This document shows positions 8,604 to 18,224 of a DNA stretch of 64,000 nucleotides, one piece after another. The DNA lies in the IMG/VR virus record IMGVR_UViG_3300045988_126062; one strand, 5' to 3'. Source of the DNA: a virus. Within the stretch, counting starts at the first letter, position 1; every line of letters begins with the position of its first letter. Below the pieces are notes generated by a model. It was not told the DNA's origin, ran no database searches, and saw only the letters and a list, made by a program, of their open reading frames with translations. Both the position numbers and the translations under genes were made by a program.

Positions 8604-9665
8604 ATGAACAATTCAATGGTCGCTCACTTGTGGGCTCATGAACAAGAAGAATCAGCATCAGGGAGCAATTTCTTCTTTGAAGGTACAAGTATTTATTCTT
8701 ATGGGCATCACTTTGAAGTCGGGAGAATAGTAAAAAACAAACAAGGGAAGAAAGCATACCTGATAAATGAAGATTATTATTCTGCTACCACGGGCAAACA
8801 TCAACGCTATGTTCGTGATGCGATACCAATTTGGGCAATGGTTTTCAGTGTAGGGGATAATATATCGGATACTGGTAATATGAGGTTTGTTGCCAGCAAA
8901 CTGGAATCAATTAAGAAGTCTATTGAAAAATACAAAAGAGCTAAGACAGAATTATCTTATACAGATATTTGGGGCGCTTTTGGGAATATGATGGATTACA
9001 TTCAGTTCTTTAACATGGGAACTGCTAAGAGTATCCTTAAAAAGAGTGCTAATGATTGGCTTGGAACCAATCATGAATTATCCAAGAGCGAAGATAGTAT
9101 CAAGCGTAAGCACGTACATGAATTAAAACGCATCTTTCAAATTTTATTGGATCATCAAGGATTAAAAGTGTTAGGGACCGTAAATGTGATTGTTGATGAA
9201 GTTTGCGGGGAAGGTACATGGATTAAGTATTCAGAAAGATCTGAAAGATGGAGAAAGGGTGAGGAAGAAAGAGAAAGAATAAAATTAGAGAGATTAAGAA
9301 AGGAAGAAGAAGCCCGTTACAAGGATTTTGATGAAAAACTGGAAGAGTGGAAGTCAGGAGAAATCAATTTCTTGAATACACCTTTCTATATTCCTGGTGA
9401 AAAACCTAACGCCTGGATTCGTATAAAAGGAAATATTATTGAGACAAGTAAACAGATAAAGATTGGAATAGCAGAAGCCAGAAAACTGTGGCGGGCTGTG
9501 TCGGCAATGCACCGGGGCGCCGAGTTTCGGCACGGTCTGGTGGAGGACATCACCGGTCGCCAGTGGAGTCTAAATCGGTACGAAAACGATTTGCTAACCG
9601 CTGGATGTCATAGGATAGCATATAACGAAATGGAGAGAATAGCAAAACAACTGGGATGGGTTTAA
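8604..9665 (+). CDS. Hypothetical protein (353 aa) with charged ERxRK coiled-coil-like segment
   Basis: ORF track. Confidence 0.55.
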   Translation: MNNSMVAHLWAHEQEESASGSNFFFEGTSIYSYGHHFEVGRIVKNKQGKKAYLINEDYYSATTGKHQRYVRDAIPIWAMVFSVGDNISDTGNMRFVASKLESIKKSIEKYKRAKTELSYTDIWGAFGNMMDYIQFFNMGTAKSILKKSANDWLGTNHELSKSEDSIKRKHVHELKRIFQILLDHQGLKVLGTVNVIVDEVCGEGTWIKYSERSERWRKGEEERERIKLERLRKEEEARYKDFDEKLEEWKSGEINFLNTPFYIPGEKPNAWIRIKGNIIETSKQIKIGIAEARKLWRAVSAMHRGAEFRHGLVEDITGRQWSLNRYENDLLTAGCHRIAYNEMERIAKQLGWV

Positions 9666-10444
9666 GTAATCCATCTTATTTTATAACAACTAAAAACAAG
9701 AAAAATATGGAAAATCCAATTATTGTTCCGTTTGATTTAAATACGGTGAGAAAAATTAAAAGTGGAGAAATAGAAGGTTCGGTATTAATTAATAATATTG
9801 AAATAGAATTTGTATATGAGTCGAAAGACTGCGCCGGTCCTTATAATTTACTTTTTGTAAGAAAAGATGGATATGGAATAAGTACTATATATGCCAACAC
9901 GGAAGGTTGTACTATTGGCGGCACCACTCTGGAATTGAAAGTAGAGGCTGGAGCGTATTTTAAGAAAGGAGATGTATTAACAAGCACTAATGGATATCAA
10001 TTCATATATGATGGAATTATTACCAAAGGGGTAATGGGATGTATATGTGGAATGGCAACATTTGGAGATATTGGGTTTGATTACAAATTATGGACTGATG
10101 TGTATGACGGATATAAAAAACGGCATGTAAGAAAGGCTATAGAGGAAGAGAAGAAATTTTTAGCAGAAAAGATTATAAAAGCCAAAGACAGTAGAAAAAT
10201 AAATATAATAAAAAGATATTTAAGTGAATATGAGTATCTATTAGATGAGATGCCGAAACATGACTTCAAACCATTTGAACGAGTGCTGGTGAGAAGAAAT
10301 AACCAAGAGAGATGGAAATTGCATCTATTTTCCAGAGAATCAGTAGGAGATAATAAATATGAATGCTTAGGAGGGGTAGGATTTAGTCAATGTATCCCAT
10401 ACGAAGGGAACGAACATCTTTTAGGAACTAACAAAAATGGATAA
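9656..10444 (+). CDS. Hypothetical protein (262 aa; alternative in-frame ATG start at 9707, MENPIIV...)
   Basis: ORF track. Confidence 0.5.
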   Translation: MGLSNPSYFITTKNKKNMENPIIVPFDLNTVRKIKSGEIEGSVLINNIEIEFVYESKDCAGPYNLLFVRKDGYGISTIYANTEGCTIGGTTLELKVEAGAYFKKGDVLTSTNGYQFIYDGIITKGVMGCICGMATFGDIGFDYKLWTDVYDGYKKRHVRKAIEEEKKFLAEKIIKAKDSRKINIIKRYLSEYEYLLDEMPKHDFKPFERVLVRRNNQERWKLHLFSRESVGDNKYECLGGVGFSQCIPYEGNEHLLGTNKNG

Positions 10445-10449
10445 CAAAT

Positions 10450-10725
10450 ATGAAAACAATAACATACGAAGGGGTGCAGCATGGAGACTGGGTGAGATGT
10501 GTCTTATGTGGGGCGCAAATGCTTCTTCCATGTGGGGCAGATAAATGCCCGGAATGTGGAGAAAATGGCACTTTAAGGTGGGTCGACGAAGAGAGGCAGG
10601 AAATAGATGCTAAGGGTCTGGATTGCTTAGATTATGTAAGAGAGTTGAGGGTAGATGATTATTTATCTCCAACAACATTAGAAGAGATCGCGGAAGAAAT
10701 AAAGAAAAAAGTAAATAGAGGATAA
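10450..10725 (+). CDS. Hypothetical zinc-ribbon protein (CxxC...CxxC), 91 aa
   Basis: CVLCGAQ...CPECGENG motif pair. Confidence 0.5.
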   Translation: MKTITYEGVQHGDWVRCVLCGAQMLLPCGADKCPECGENGTLRWVDEERQEIDAKGLDCLDYVRELRVDDYLSPTTLEEIAEEIKKKVNRG

Positions 10726-10850
10726 CTCTAATGAGAAAATTATTAAAAGTAAAATTTATTCGAAAATGCGCATACGTGGCGATCACTATCAGATCTGATA
10801 ATGACCGCTGAATTAAGTAACATAGCTAAGAATTGTAAAATATAGAAAAT

Positions 10851-11105
10851 ATGTATGAGAATATTTTAAGCAACATGTTAGGATGTCAGACATATTGTAT
10901 ATCAGACAGTCCTTCGAATAGATACTGTCTTATTGGACCTATTGAGTGCAATGAGAAGTTAATAGAAGTGTTTAAGAAGGGGATAATGGTAAAACTCAAA
11001 TACGTGGAAAAACGAGTCCTGGATACATTTACGGACAACGGAGTCGACCTGAGCAATTACACTCACTGTATTATTGCGAAGCGGAATTTTTATCTCGCTT
11101 GGTAA
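10851..11105 (+). CDS. Hypothetical protein (84 aa)
   Basis: ORF track. Confidence 0.4.
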   Translation: MYENILSNMLGCQTYCISDSPSNRYCLIGPIECNEKLIEVFKKGIMVKLKYVEKRVLDTFTDNGVDLSNYTHCIIAKRNFYLAW

Positions 11106-11123
11106 CAGCAAAACATAAACGAT

Positions 11124-11786
11124 ATGAACAATTTTGTAATAGATACTCCAGATAATTTCTGGCAAATAAGACGGCTTGACAAGTATATGGAAGGTCACAA
11201 AGGGTTTATAGCTGGTGGATGTTTTAAGAATATTCTTTCCGGAGAAAGAGTAAAAGACATTGATATTTTCTTTGAAAGCGAAAGCGATTTTCAAGAGGCT
11301 GTCGATTTGTTCAATGATGAAAAACATCAGAAAGAAGGATGGAAATTTAAATATAAAAATGAGAAGGTATGTGCGTTCCAGAAAGAGGGAGAAAAGGTAT
11401 GGATAGAGTTCATAGAGTCAGAGTTTGGAAAGCCAGAAGAGATTCTTAGGAGCTTCGACTTTACTGTGGCAAAAATGGCTTACTATAAGGAGCCTAAATA
11501 CGAAGAAAGGGAAGATGATTATTCTCCATTCTCATATGCAAGTATAGTAGCATACGAGTACAAACTACTCTATCATGAGAAATTCTTCGAACATCTTCAT
11601 ATGAAGAGGCTGGTCATTGACGAAAATATTCCTTTTCCGGTAAGTACATGGGAGCGCTCATATCGGTATAAGGGATATGGTTATAATATGTGCCGGGAGA
11701 CAAAGAAAAAACTTCTACAGGCTCTTAAAGGTGTAAATGTAGAGGAGGAAGATGTATCTTTGTATGCTACTGGAGGATGGGACTAA
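11124..11786 (+). CDS. Hypothetical protein (220 aa)
   Basis: ORF track. Confidence 0.5.
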   Translation: MNNFVIDTPDNFWQIRRLDKYMEGHKGFIAGGCFKNILSGERVKDIDIFFESESDFQEAVDLFNDEKHQKEGWKFKYKNEKVCAFQKEGEKVWIEFIESEFGKPEEILRSFDFTVAKMAYYKEPKYEEREDDYSPFSYASIVAYEYKLLYHEKFFEHLHMKRLVIDENIPFPVSTWERSYRYKGYGYNMCRETKKKLLQALKGVNVEEEDVSLYATGGWD

Positions 11787-11808
11787 TTGAAAAAAATAAT
11801 AGAATATT

Positions 11809-12645
11809 ATGAGCACAAGTAAAGAATACAAGTCGGTAAGAAATTGCATACTAAATGAACTTCGCCTTACCAAAGAAGATATAATCAAAAACATAGAATC
11901 ATTATTGGAAAAACTCGTAAAACGGTATATGCATAATACATACGGAGGAAACAATCAGATAGAAAATTGGATCAGATGTATGGTAAATGATGAGCTTAAA
12001 CAAAGGGATTATGGTTTTGTAGAAAGAATAAGCAAGGAAGTCATAAGAGATCATGTGTTGAATGAGTTAAACATAATTGTAAGACCCAAAAATGAAAGAT
12101 GTGTATGTGAAAATAGAGTGCCATCAAGAGAAAATGGTTTGTATTTAATCTATAGAGACGAACACGCTGAGCTGTTCAACAGAGAGAATAGCAAAGAGAA
12201 TGTGCAGTACATCGGGTTAAGACACGAAGACGTATCGTTTGCTATCTCGCTAACGGAGTATGATAGCGTACAATTGCTTGACGATGATAGACGTGAAGAA
12301 CCCGAAAGTGGGACATATTACGAACGTAAATGTGATGCGCTGTTTGACATTGATGGACGCGGCAATACAGAACGCCTTGTAGCCAGAAATCCAAAGTTGA
12401 AAAATCTGCTGAAAGATGGCGAGTATATACCATCTCTTGGTCAATTAAATTTAATGGCCCATTATATGGACGAACTAAACAAAGCATTCGCTTATGTTTC
12501 GGCATCTCCCCTCTCCTCGACGTGGTATAGGTCCAGTACCGAGAGCAGCCCGAGCGTCGCGTGGTACGTGGACTTCTCCATTGGTAGCGCGTACTACAGT
12601 GACAAGTACAACAGTAGCAGGGTTCGGGCGGTAATTGATTTTTAA
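11809..12645 (+). CDS. Hypothetical protein (278 aa); C-terminus encoded by a GC-rich island
   Basis: ORF track. Confidence 0.55.
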   Translation: MSTSKEYKSVRNCILNELRLTKEDIIKNIESLLEKLVKRYMHNTYGGNNQIENWIRCMVNDELKQRDYGFVERISKEVIRDHVLNELNIIVRPKNERCVCENRVPSRENGLYLIYRDEHAELFNRENSKENVQYIGLRHEDVSFAISLTEYDSVQLLDDDRREEPESGTYYERKCDALFDIDGRGNTERLVARNPKLKNLLKDGEYIPSLGQLNLMAHYMDELNKAFAYVSASPLSSTWYRSSTESSPSVAWYVDFSIGSAYYSDKYNSSRVRAVIDF

Positions 12646-12656
12646 AAAGGATTACA

Positions 12657-13463
12657 ATGATAACATCAGTAAAAATAAAAGACAATACAAAAACTCCATT
12701 TGAATATGTTTCGGATATAGAAGCATTTGAAAATGGCAGAGAATTTATTTTCAAGCCAGGAGTGAATGTGATTATAGGGAAAAACGGTAGTGGAAAATCG
12801 ACCTTGCTTAACATAATATCAATGTATGCGTTATGCGAGAAATCCATGTGCTCTGAAATGCCGACCGAGGCACTGGATTTTCCACCTATATTTGATGACG
12901 ATGATAAGGTTTTTGATGGGATTGACATATCATCCGATTATGCAGGGAAAGTATTCCGTTTATTGCCGTCAACGGAGACAAATCGAGATAGTGTATCAAA
13001 AAACATCAGCAATTTCGATTTGTATGTGAATAGCATTCAAAAATCTTATGGAGAAAAAGTGGTGTTATCATTGGAATCACTTTTCAATTTAATGTTCGGT
13101 CAAAAGGATTATACATTTCCAATACAAGATCTTGTAGAATACAAGAAAAAATCAAATGCGTTTTGGATTAAAAGAATTGATAACCTGTTGAAGTATTATA
13201 AAAGAAACCGCATAACATTAACAGAAAGCAGTTTTGAATACACGGTTCTCATGGATGAGCCAGACAGGAATCTTGATATTGACAACATAATGCAGATTTA
13301 CAATGTATTGTCATTTCATAAACCACAAACACAAATTATAGCCATAATACACAATCCGGCATTGATTTACAAATTAAGCAAATTAGATTGTGTTAATTTC
13401 ATAGAGATGACAGAAGGGTATCTAAAGAATGTTGTTAATTTTATAAGCGAAACAAATGAATGA
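12657..13463 (+). CDS. ABC-type ATPase domain protein (SMC/RecF/OLD-like fold), 268 aa
   Basis: Walker A GKNGSGKST, signature-like SYGEKVVLSL, Walker B VLMDEPDRNLD, H-loop IIAIIHNP. Confidence 0.65.
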   Translation: MITSVKIKDNTKTPFEYVSDIEAFENGREFIFKPGVNVIIGKNGSGKSTLLNIISMYALCEKSMCSEMPTEALDFPPIFDDDDKVFDGIDISSDYAGKVFRLLPSTETNRDSVSKNISNFDLYVNSIQKSYGEKVVLSLESLFNLMFGQKDYTFPIQDLVEYKKKSNAFWIKRIDNLLKYYKRNRITLTESSFEYTVLMDEPDRNLDIDNIMQIYNVLSFHKPQTQIIAIIHNPALIYKLSKLDCVNFIEMTEGYLKNVVNFISETNE

Positions 13464-13469
13464 AAGAAC

Positions 13470-13823
13470 ATGAGAAAGGAATTGAAAATAATAGGCTCAA
13501 AAGAGCGGCACGTATTTACAGCGACATTCATTCGTTTTGGATTCAGGGATGGGTATAAAGGACCTGTAAAGACAATACTTTTACAAGACGTGTTACTCGA
13601 TGATAAAATAGTAACAGATCATTTGTGGTTTGATTTGACAAAAGGATTCGAAAGCGCCGATTTATTACCAGGCGATGTGATTGAGTTTTGTGCAAGGGTT
13701 AGTATTTACGAGAAAGGATATAAAGGATATAGGAATGACGTATTCGATAGGCCGATAGAAAAGGATTATCGATTGTCAAGACCAACAAAGATTAAAAAGA
13801 TTGGGAAGAAATCAATAGATTGA
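13470..13823 (+). CDS. Hypothetical protein (117 aa); gene flanked by a ~24-bp direct repeat
   Basis: ORF track. Confidence 0.45.
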   Translation: MRKELKIIGSKERHVFTATFIRFGFRDGYKGPVKTILLQDVLLDDKIVTDHLWFDLTKGFESADLLPGDVIEFCARVSIYEKGYKGYRNDVFDRPIEKDYRLSRPTKIKKIGKKSID

Positions 13824-13923
13824 CATACTACCGCGAACTTTAGGTGTGGGAGTATGTCAAAGAGATGACAGAAGGGCATCTTAGTAAAACTTGTATATTT
13901 GTGTCTAATTAATTAAAGGTGAG

Positions 13924-14238
13924 ATGAACTGGAAGAAATTCAAAGAGGAAAAACCTTCAGAGGGAGAAGAAGTGTTGGCTTATCACCCAAGTTGGATAGA
14001 TGAAGATTTCAACCCAAGAGGTATAAGAATAGGGTTTTGGAATGGAGGAGACGATTTTAAATCGGCTCATTGGTGGGATTATCAAGATTGTTATATCACA
14101 ATCTCTCATTGTGATTGTGATGATAATTCTCTTTTTAGTGATAGAATAAAAAACAGCATAGAGCCAGAGTTATGGATATCACTTGATGTTATTACAAATT
14201 ACTTACCTGATATAAAACAAAATCACTTATCACAATGA
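13924..14238 (+). CDS. Hypothetical protein (104 aa)
   Basis: ORF track. Confidence 0.45.
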   Translation: MNWKKFKEEKPSEGEEVLAYHPSWIDEDFNPRGIRIGFWNGGDDFKSAHWWDYQDCYITISHCDCDDNSLFSDRIKNSIEPELWISLDVITNYLPDIKQNHLSQ

Positions 14239-14618
14239 GCTATTTTATATTAATGGGAAGAAGAATCCCCAAGCAAGCCATAACAGGCTTCAAATTTCAA
14301 AATGAAACAGATAACATTCGTCCTTTTCTGTCAATCAGGATAAGGGGAAAGGACGAAATTATACCTTTCAAAGATAAAAAGGAGATACAGTCTGTAGAAG
14401 CGCATCTGTGTTCTATCTTCTCCGGATTTGTAAAAATAGGCGACTGGTATCTCAAGATGTCGGAAGTTAAGGAGTATAAGCCGGTGACTGCCGAAGATAT
14501 GAACCCTTACATCTTGTTTAAGACATCTAAGTTTGGAAATATAAAAGTTCGTTTCCCGAAAGATGAAGATATGAATGCGGAATTGTTGGTGTTAGATCAG
14601 CTTTTTGATGTAGAATAA
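14235..14618 (+). CDS. Hypothetical protein (127 aa)
   Basis: ORF track; 4-nt overlap. Confidence 0.45.
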   Translation: MSYFILMGRRIPKQAITGFKFQNETDNIRPFLSIRIRGKDEIIPFKDKKEIQSVEAHLCSIFSGFVKIGDWYLKMSEVKEYKPVTAEDMNPYILFKTSKFGNIKVRFPKDEDMNAELLVLDQLFDVE

Positions 14619-14642
14619 ACTATTAATCATCTTTTAAAAATC

Positions 14643-14894
14643 ATGACCTGGAAAGAATTGAAAGACAAAATATCCCTTATGACGGAAGAAGAGCAACGAC
14701 AAGAAGTTGCAGTATGGGGAGAAAATATGAATCTAATGAAAGATTGTTCCTTGGAAAAAACAAACGAGGATATGTACTACAACTCTGAATGGGATTATAC
14801 TCGTGAAGAGAGCGAATTGGAACCGGAAGACAAGAATGACCCTGATGTACATAAGGTGTATGAAGCAGGAATGTATTATATTTATTCGAATTGA
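14643..14894 (+). CDS. Hypothetical acidic protein (83 aa)
   Basis: ORF track. Confidence 0.45.
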   Translation: MTWKELKDKISLMTEEEQRQEVAVWGENMNLMKDCSLEKTNEDMYYNSEWDYTREESELEPEDKNDPDVHKVYEAGMYYIYSN

Positions 14895-14912
14895 TTTTAA
14901 AAAGATCTGATT

Positions 14913-15659
14913 ATGGCAGCATTAACAACACTAAATATAACGGAAAAGAACGCTAATAACAGTTTGTCTGTAACTGCTAAAGTGAATGTCACCAAAGAAG
15001 GAGTGTTTACCACTACCTTGTCAAAAGAAGATGTGGACAAGATTCATTCTTATGGGATCAAATTACCTACAAACAGATTAGGCAACGAAGGATATTTCAA
15101 TAGTATAGCACTTTCTGATTTGGAAAGTCAAATCAGGGAAGTTCTGAAGAGATGTTTGAGTTATAAAATAGTAGAAGAAGTGCCTGTTATTAAGTATCAA
15201 CTGGAAACGAATTGCGTGTTTTCCTATGACAAAAACGGAAATATTGTCCCTAACCCCTCTAAGGAATGGACAGGAGGCGATGAAAATGGAAAATGGAGAG
15301 ATGGAACTTCCCGTTTAGATGCCTTAAACACCCAACCTTTTGGTTTTAGTGTTTATGCAAAACCATTTCTAAAAAGAGTAATTGAATATGGAAATGGAGA
15401 GACAAAAGTAGAATACGGCAGGTTAAATACAGAAAAAGGAACTTATGCGCACTGGCTGAATTGTGTAACGAGCATATCATACAATAGACATAAACAGGTA
15501 ATGGAAGTGGAGTGTAACGAATGTACCTCGAAATTATTCGTTGATATGATCAAGTCCATTTGTAATATAAGCGAACAAGTTAAGAGTTTTGTCAATCCAG
15601 AACAAATAAAAGCAATTGCGGAGTCAAATGAACCGATTTTGCTTTTATCTAACAACTAA
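14913..15659 (+). CDS. Hypothetical protein (248 aa)
   Basis: ORF track. Confidence 0.5.
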   Translation: MAALTTLNITEKNANNSLSVTAKVNVTKEGVFTTTLSKEDVDKIHSYGIKLPTNRLGNEGYFNSIALSDLESQIREVLKRCLSYKIVEEVPVIKYQLETNCVFSYDKNGNIVPNPSKEWTGGDENGKWRDGTSRLDALNTQPFGFSVYAKPFLKRVIEYGNGETKVEYGRLNTEKGTYAHWLNCVTSISYNRHKQVMEVECNECTSKLFVDMIKSICNISEQVKSFVNPEQIKAIAESNEPILLLSNN

Positions 15660-15819
15660 AAAATCATGAGGTATGTATGTGTTTTTATCTGCTTTCTGTT
15701 ATGGCTTATTTTTACATTGTTATTATCATCAACTGTCATAGGATTGGTTATAAGCGTGAGTGATGAATGGCAGGAAATGGATGACAAAATAATAGATAAA
15801 CTTTAAAAAGAAATGAATC

Positions 15820-16116
15820 ATGGGCGAACAAAATAAGCAATGTCCTGAATTTCCATTTTTTGGTGCATCTTATCCAGATGCTCGTTGTATCAACGGATAT
15901 CTATGGGATTTGGATAAATGTGACGAAAACGGAAATTTATATGGAGAAGGAGATATTCCTTGCCCATTCTGCAATACCGAGAAATTTATTGAGTATGATC
16001 CGTTTTCAAAAGAAGATGAATTTTATGAAGGTATTGAGAATGAAGAAAAAGCTAAAGAGATGTCCAGAGAGTGGTATTTGAATTGGATTAACTATATGCG
16101 AGAACACCTTAAATAA
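15820..16116 (+). CDS. Hypothetical Cys-containing protein (98 aa)
   Basis: ORF track; preferred over the overlapping alternative-frame ORF 15860..16081. Confidence 0.45.
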   Translation: MGEQNKQCPEFPFFGASYPDARCINGYLWDLDKCDENGNLYGEGDIPCPFCNTEKFIEYDPFSKEDEFYEGIENEEKAKEMSREWYLNWINYMREHLK

Positions 16117-16133
16117 TTAAGTATAATTGAATT

Positions 16134-16385
16134 ATGACAGCCGAGAAGTTTAAATATATTTGCGAAGAGAAAGGAATAACTTGGAATGATCTTGTCCGCA
16201 TTAGGGTTATCAGACCAAAGAAATTTCTCGGATTCTTTAGGCAATTAACAGGTATAACAATCGAAGGTGCGTTCAATGGCTGTTCTGCTTGTGTTGAAAT
16301 AATGGCTGATGATGACAACGGTGTTTCAATGATGCACTATATTGATTACGAAGATATTATAGGAGTTGAATTAATTAAAAATTAA
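16134..16385 (+). CDS. Hypothetical protein (83 aa)
   Basis: ORF track. Confidence 0.45.
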   Translation: MTAEKFKYICEEKGITWNDLVRIRVIRPKKFLGFFRQLTGITIEGAFNGCSACVEIMADDDNGVSMMHYIDYEDIIGVELIKN

Positions 16386-16571
16386 AAATAATTGAGTGAA
16401 CAGTTTGCAAAAATCAGTACGAATGCGTTGTTAGGATTATCAACATCCGCCACATAAGAACCATATAATCCCGTAAATATCGTGATGCGTTGGTAGTACG
16501 TGTACAGATAACAAACAGGCGTTGGGATAAAGCATTTGGCAAACATTCACTCTAAATAAGAAATAGTAGAT

Positions 16572-16844
16572 ATGAATACAAAATTTGAAAACATGGCTTT
16601 GCTGAATATAGAAGACTACAATGAGCTTAAAGCTAAAGCCGAAGCAACAGATGAGCAAATAAAGAAACAAGCCGAAGAAATGGCTAAGCCTGAAGTTGTC
16701 ACATTAAAAGTGTGCTTTGATACATACGGATTATTATACAGGCCATATACTTGTGTTGATGTTGAAATACCATTCTATGATGATGAAAAAATCAGAGATA
16801 TGCTTAACAAAGCAAGTGCTGATATACAGATCATAATCTTATAA
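16572..16844 (+). CDS. Hypothetical protein (90 aa)
   Basis: ORF track. Confidence 0.4.
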   Translation: MNTKFENMALLNIEDYNELKAKAEATDEQIKKQAEEMAKPEVVTLKVCFDTYGLLYRPYTCVDVEIPFYDDEKIRDMLNKASADIQIIIL

Positions 16845-16882
16845 ACTCTTACAGAAAGACACATGATGGTGCATCTATAGGA

Positions 16883-17497
16883 TTGGATTTTGGCCTGAAA
16901 ACTTATCTAACTAAAAGCGATGGTAGCAAAATTGATTCTCCACTATTCTTCAAACAATATCAAAACAAGATTAGAAAACTAAACAAACGGATTTCTAATG
17001 CAAAGAAAGGATCCAACAATAGAAGAAGGAGACTGTTTGAACTCCAACAAACGTATCGTAAAATAAACGATCTTCGATCGGATTTTCAATGGGGATTAGC
17101 ACACCAGTTATGCAAACAATATGATTATATTTTTATTGAAGATCTAAACATTGAAGGAATGAAACGTTTGTGGGGAAAGAAGGTTTCCGATCTTAGTCAT
17201 TCTTCTTTTATTGACAAACTTACGTATGTTGCTTCAAAGTATGGAGTGATAGTACACAAGATTGACAAATGGTATCCTTCTTCCAAAACTTGCGAATGTG
17301 GCTGCATTAATAAAGGACTGTCGTTACGCGACCGCACGTGGGTATGCCCGTCGTGCGGAGCGGTAAACGACCGTGATGTTCTTGCAGCCCGTAATATACT
17401 TCGGAAGGGCATTTCCGAATTGGAGAGCAAGAGTAATTCCAGCGATAGCAATATCGGGGTTTCTTGCGTTTGTATCCAAGAATCCCATTTGCTTTAG
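16883..17497 (+). pseudogene. tnpB: 5'-truncated TnpB remnant (RuvC + zinc-finger C-terminal half only, 204 aa; the WED/REC N-terminal half is absent)
   Basis: GLDFGLK (RuvC-I) begins right after an in-frame stop; RuvC-II IEDLNIEGM; zinc finger CECGC...CPSCG; RuvC-III NDRDVLAARNI. Confidence 0.6.
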
Positions 17498-17563
17498 CGA
17501 TGGGAGTGTGTCAAGTTAAAAGATATCGGCATCGGTTTTAGAACCATAGAAGGTGCAACAGAG

Positions 17564-18007
17564 GTGGCTAATTTGCTTATTAAATATAATGCATTTAAAA
17601 TGGAATCAAAGTTTCTGATAGGATCGTATGAACAGTTTTGGATCATAAATGGAAGTGTTTGCCCAGCCATTACAGGAGAAGCAGGATATAGCAAGGAAGA
17701 GTTTGATAAGGTAAACAAGGAAAACAAAGATCCAGAATTGGAAAGTATAAATTCCTTCAATGATACTGTGAAAAAAGCCAATGAAATTAAAGACAGGGTG
17801 TTGAAATACGTGTACAACATAAAACAAGAGCGTTCATATAACAATGACCTGATTGGTATCTTTGAAAGGTATAAAGATATAGCAGACGGTGATATGGAGG
17901 TAGCTATGAGTTTTATTAAGGAGGCCTATCCATTCAATGAAGAAACAGAGTCGTTTATCAGAAAAAAGTTTGACATGCCTATACCGGACGAATCAAAAGA
18001 GCCGTAA
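17564..18007 (+). CDS. Hypothetical protein (147 aa)
   Basis: ORF track. Confidence 0.45.
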   Translation: MANLLIKYNAFKMESKFLIGSYEQFWIINGSVCPAITGEAGYSKEEFDKVNKENKDPELESINSFNDTVKKANEIKDRVLKYVYNIKQERSYNNDLIGIFERYKDIADGDMEVAMSFIKEAYPFNEETESFIRKKFDMPIPDESKEP

Positions 18008-18054
18008 TTAAGCTAAATTAAATCATTTTGAATCTTTTTTATTATCAAAAGACA

Positions 18055-18062
18055 TATCTTTG
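18055..18062 (+). promoter_or_regulatory. Candidate Bacteroidota-type -7 promoter box TATCTTTG (TAnnTTTG)
   Basis: Motif read upstream of a 33-aa ORF and omega-RNA copy A; the consensus is from established Bacteroides promoter studies. Confidence 0.3.
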
Positions 18063-18224
18063 TCCAAAAAACAAACAAAATGGAAGAAAAAGAGATAAAA
18101 GAAGCTATGATTGAAGCCCTGACGCACTTAGAGGGGTGTAAGTATTTCGTGGCCACGATAGTAAATAATCGAGAATAATACATAACTCATACAAATCATA
18201 ACCAATTTGTATTGTATTATGCAT

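Noticed and set aside
12242-12928. 228-aa minus-strand ORF
   Set aside because: Antisense to two well-supported + genes; created by the GC-rich island at 12478-12640, which depletes stop codons.
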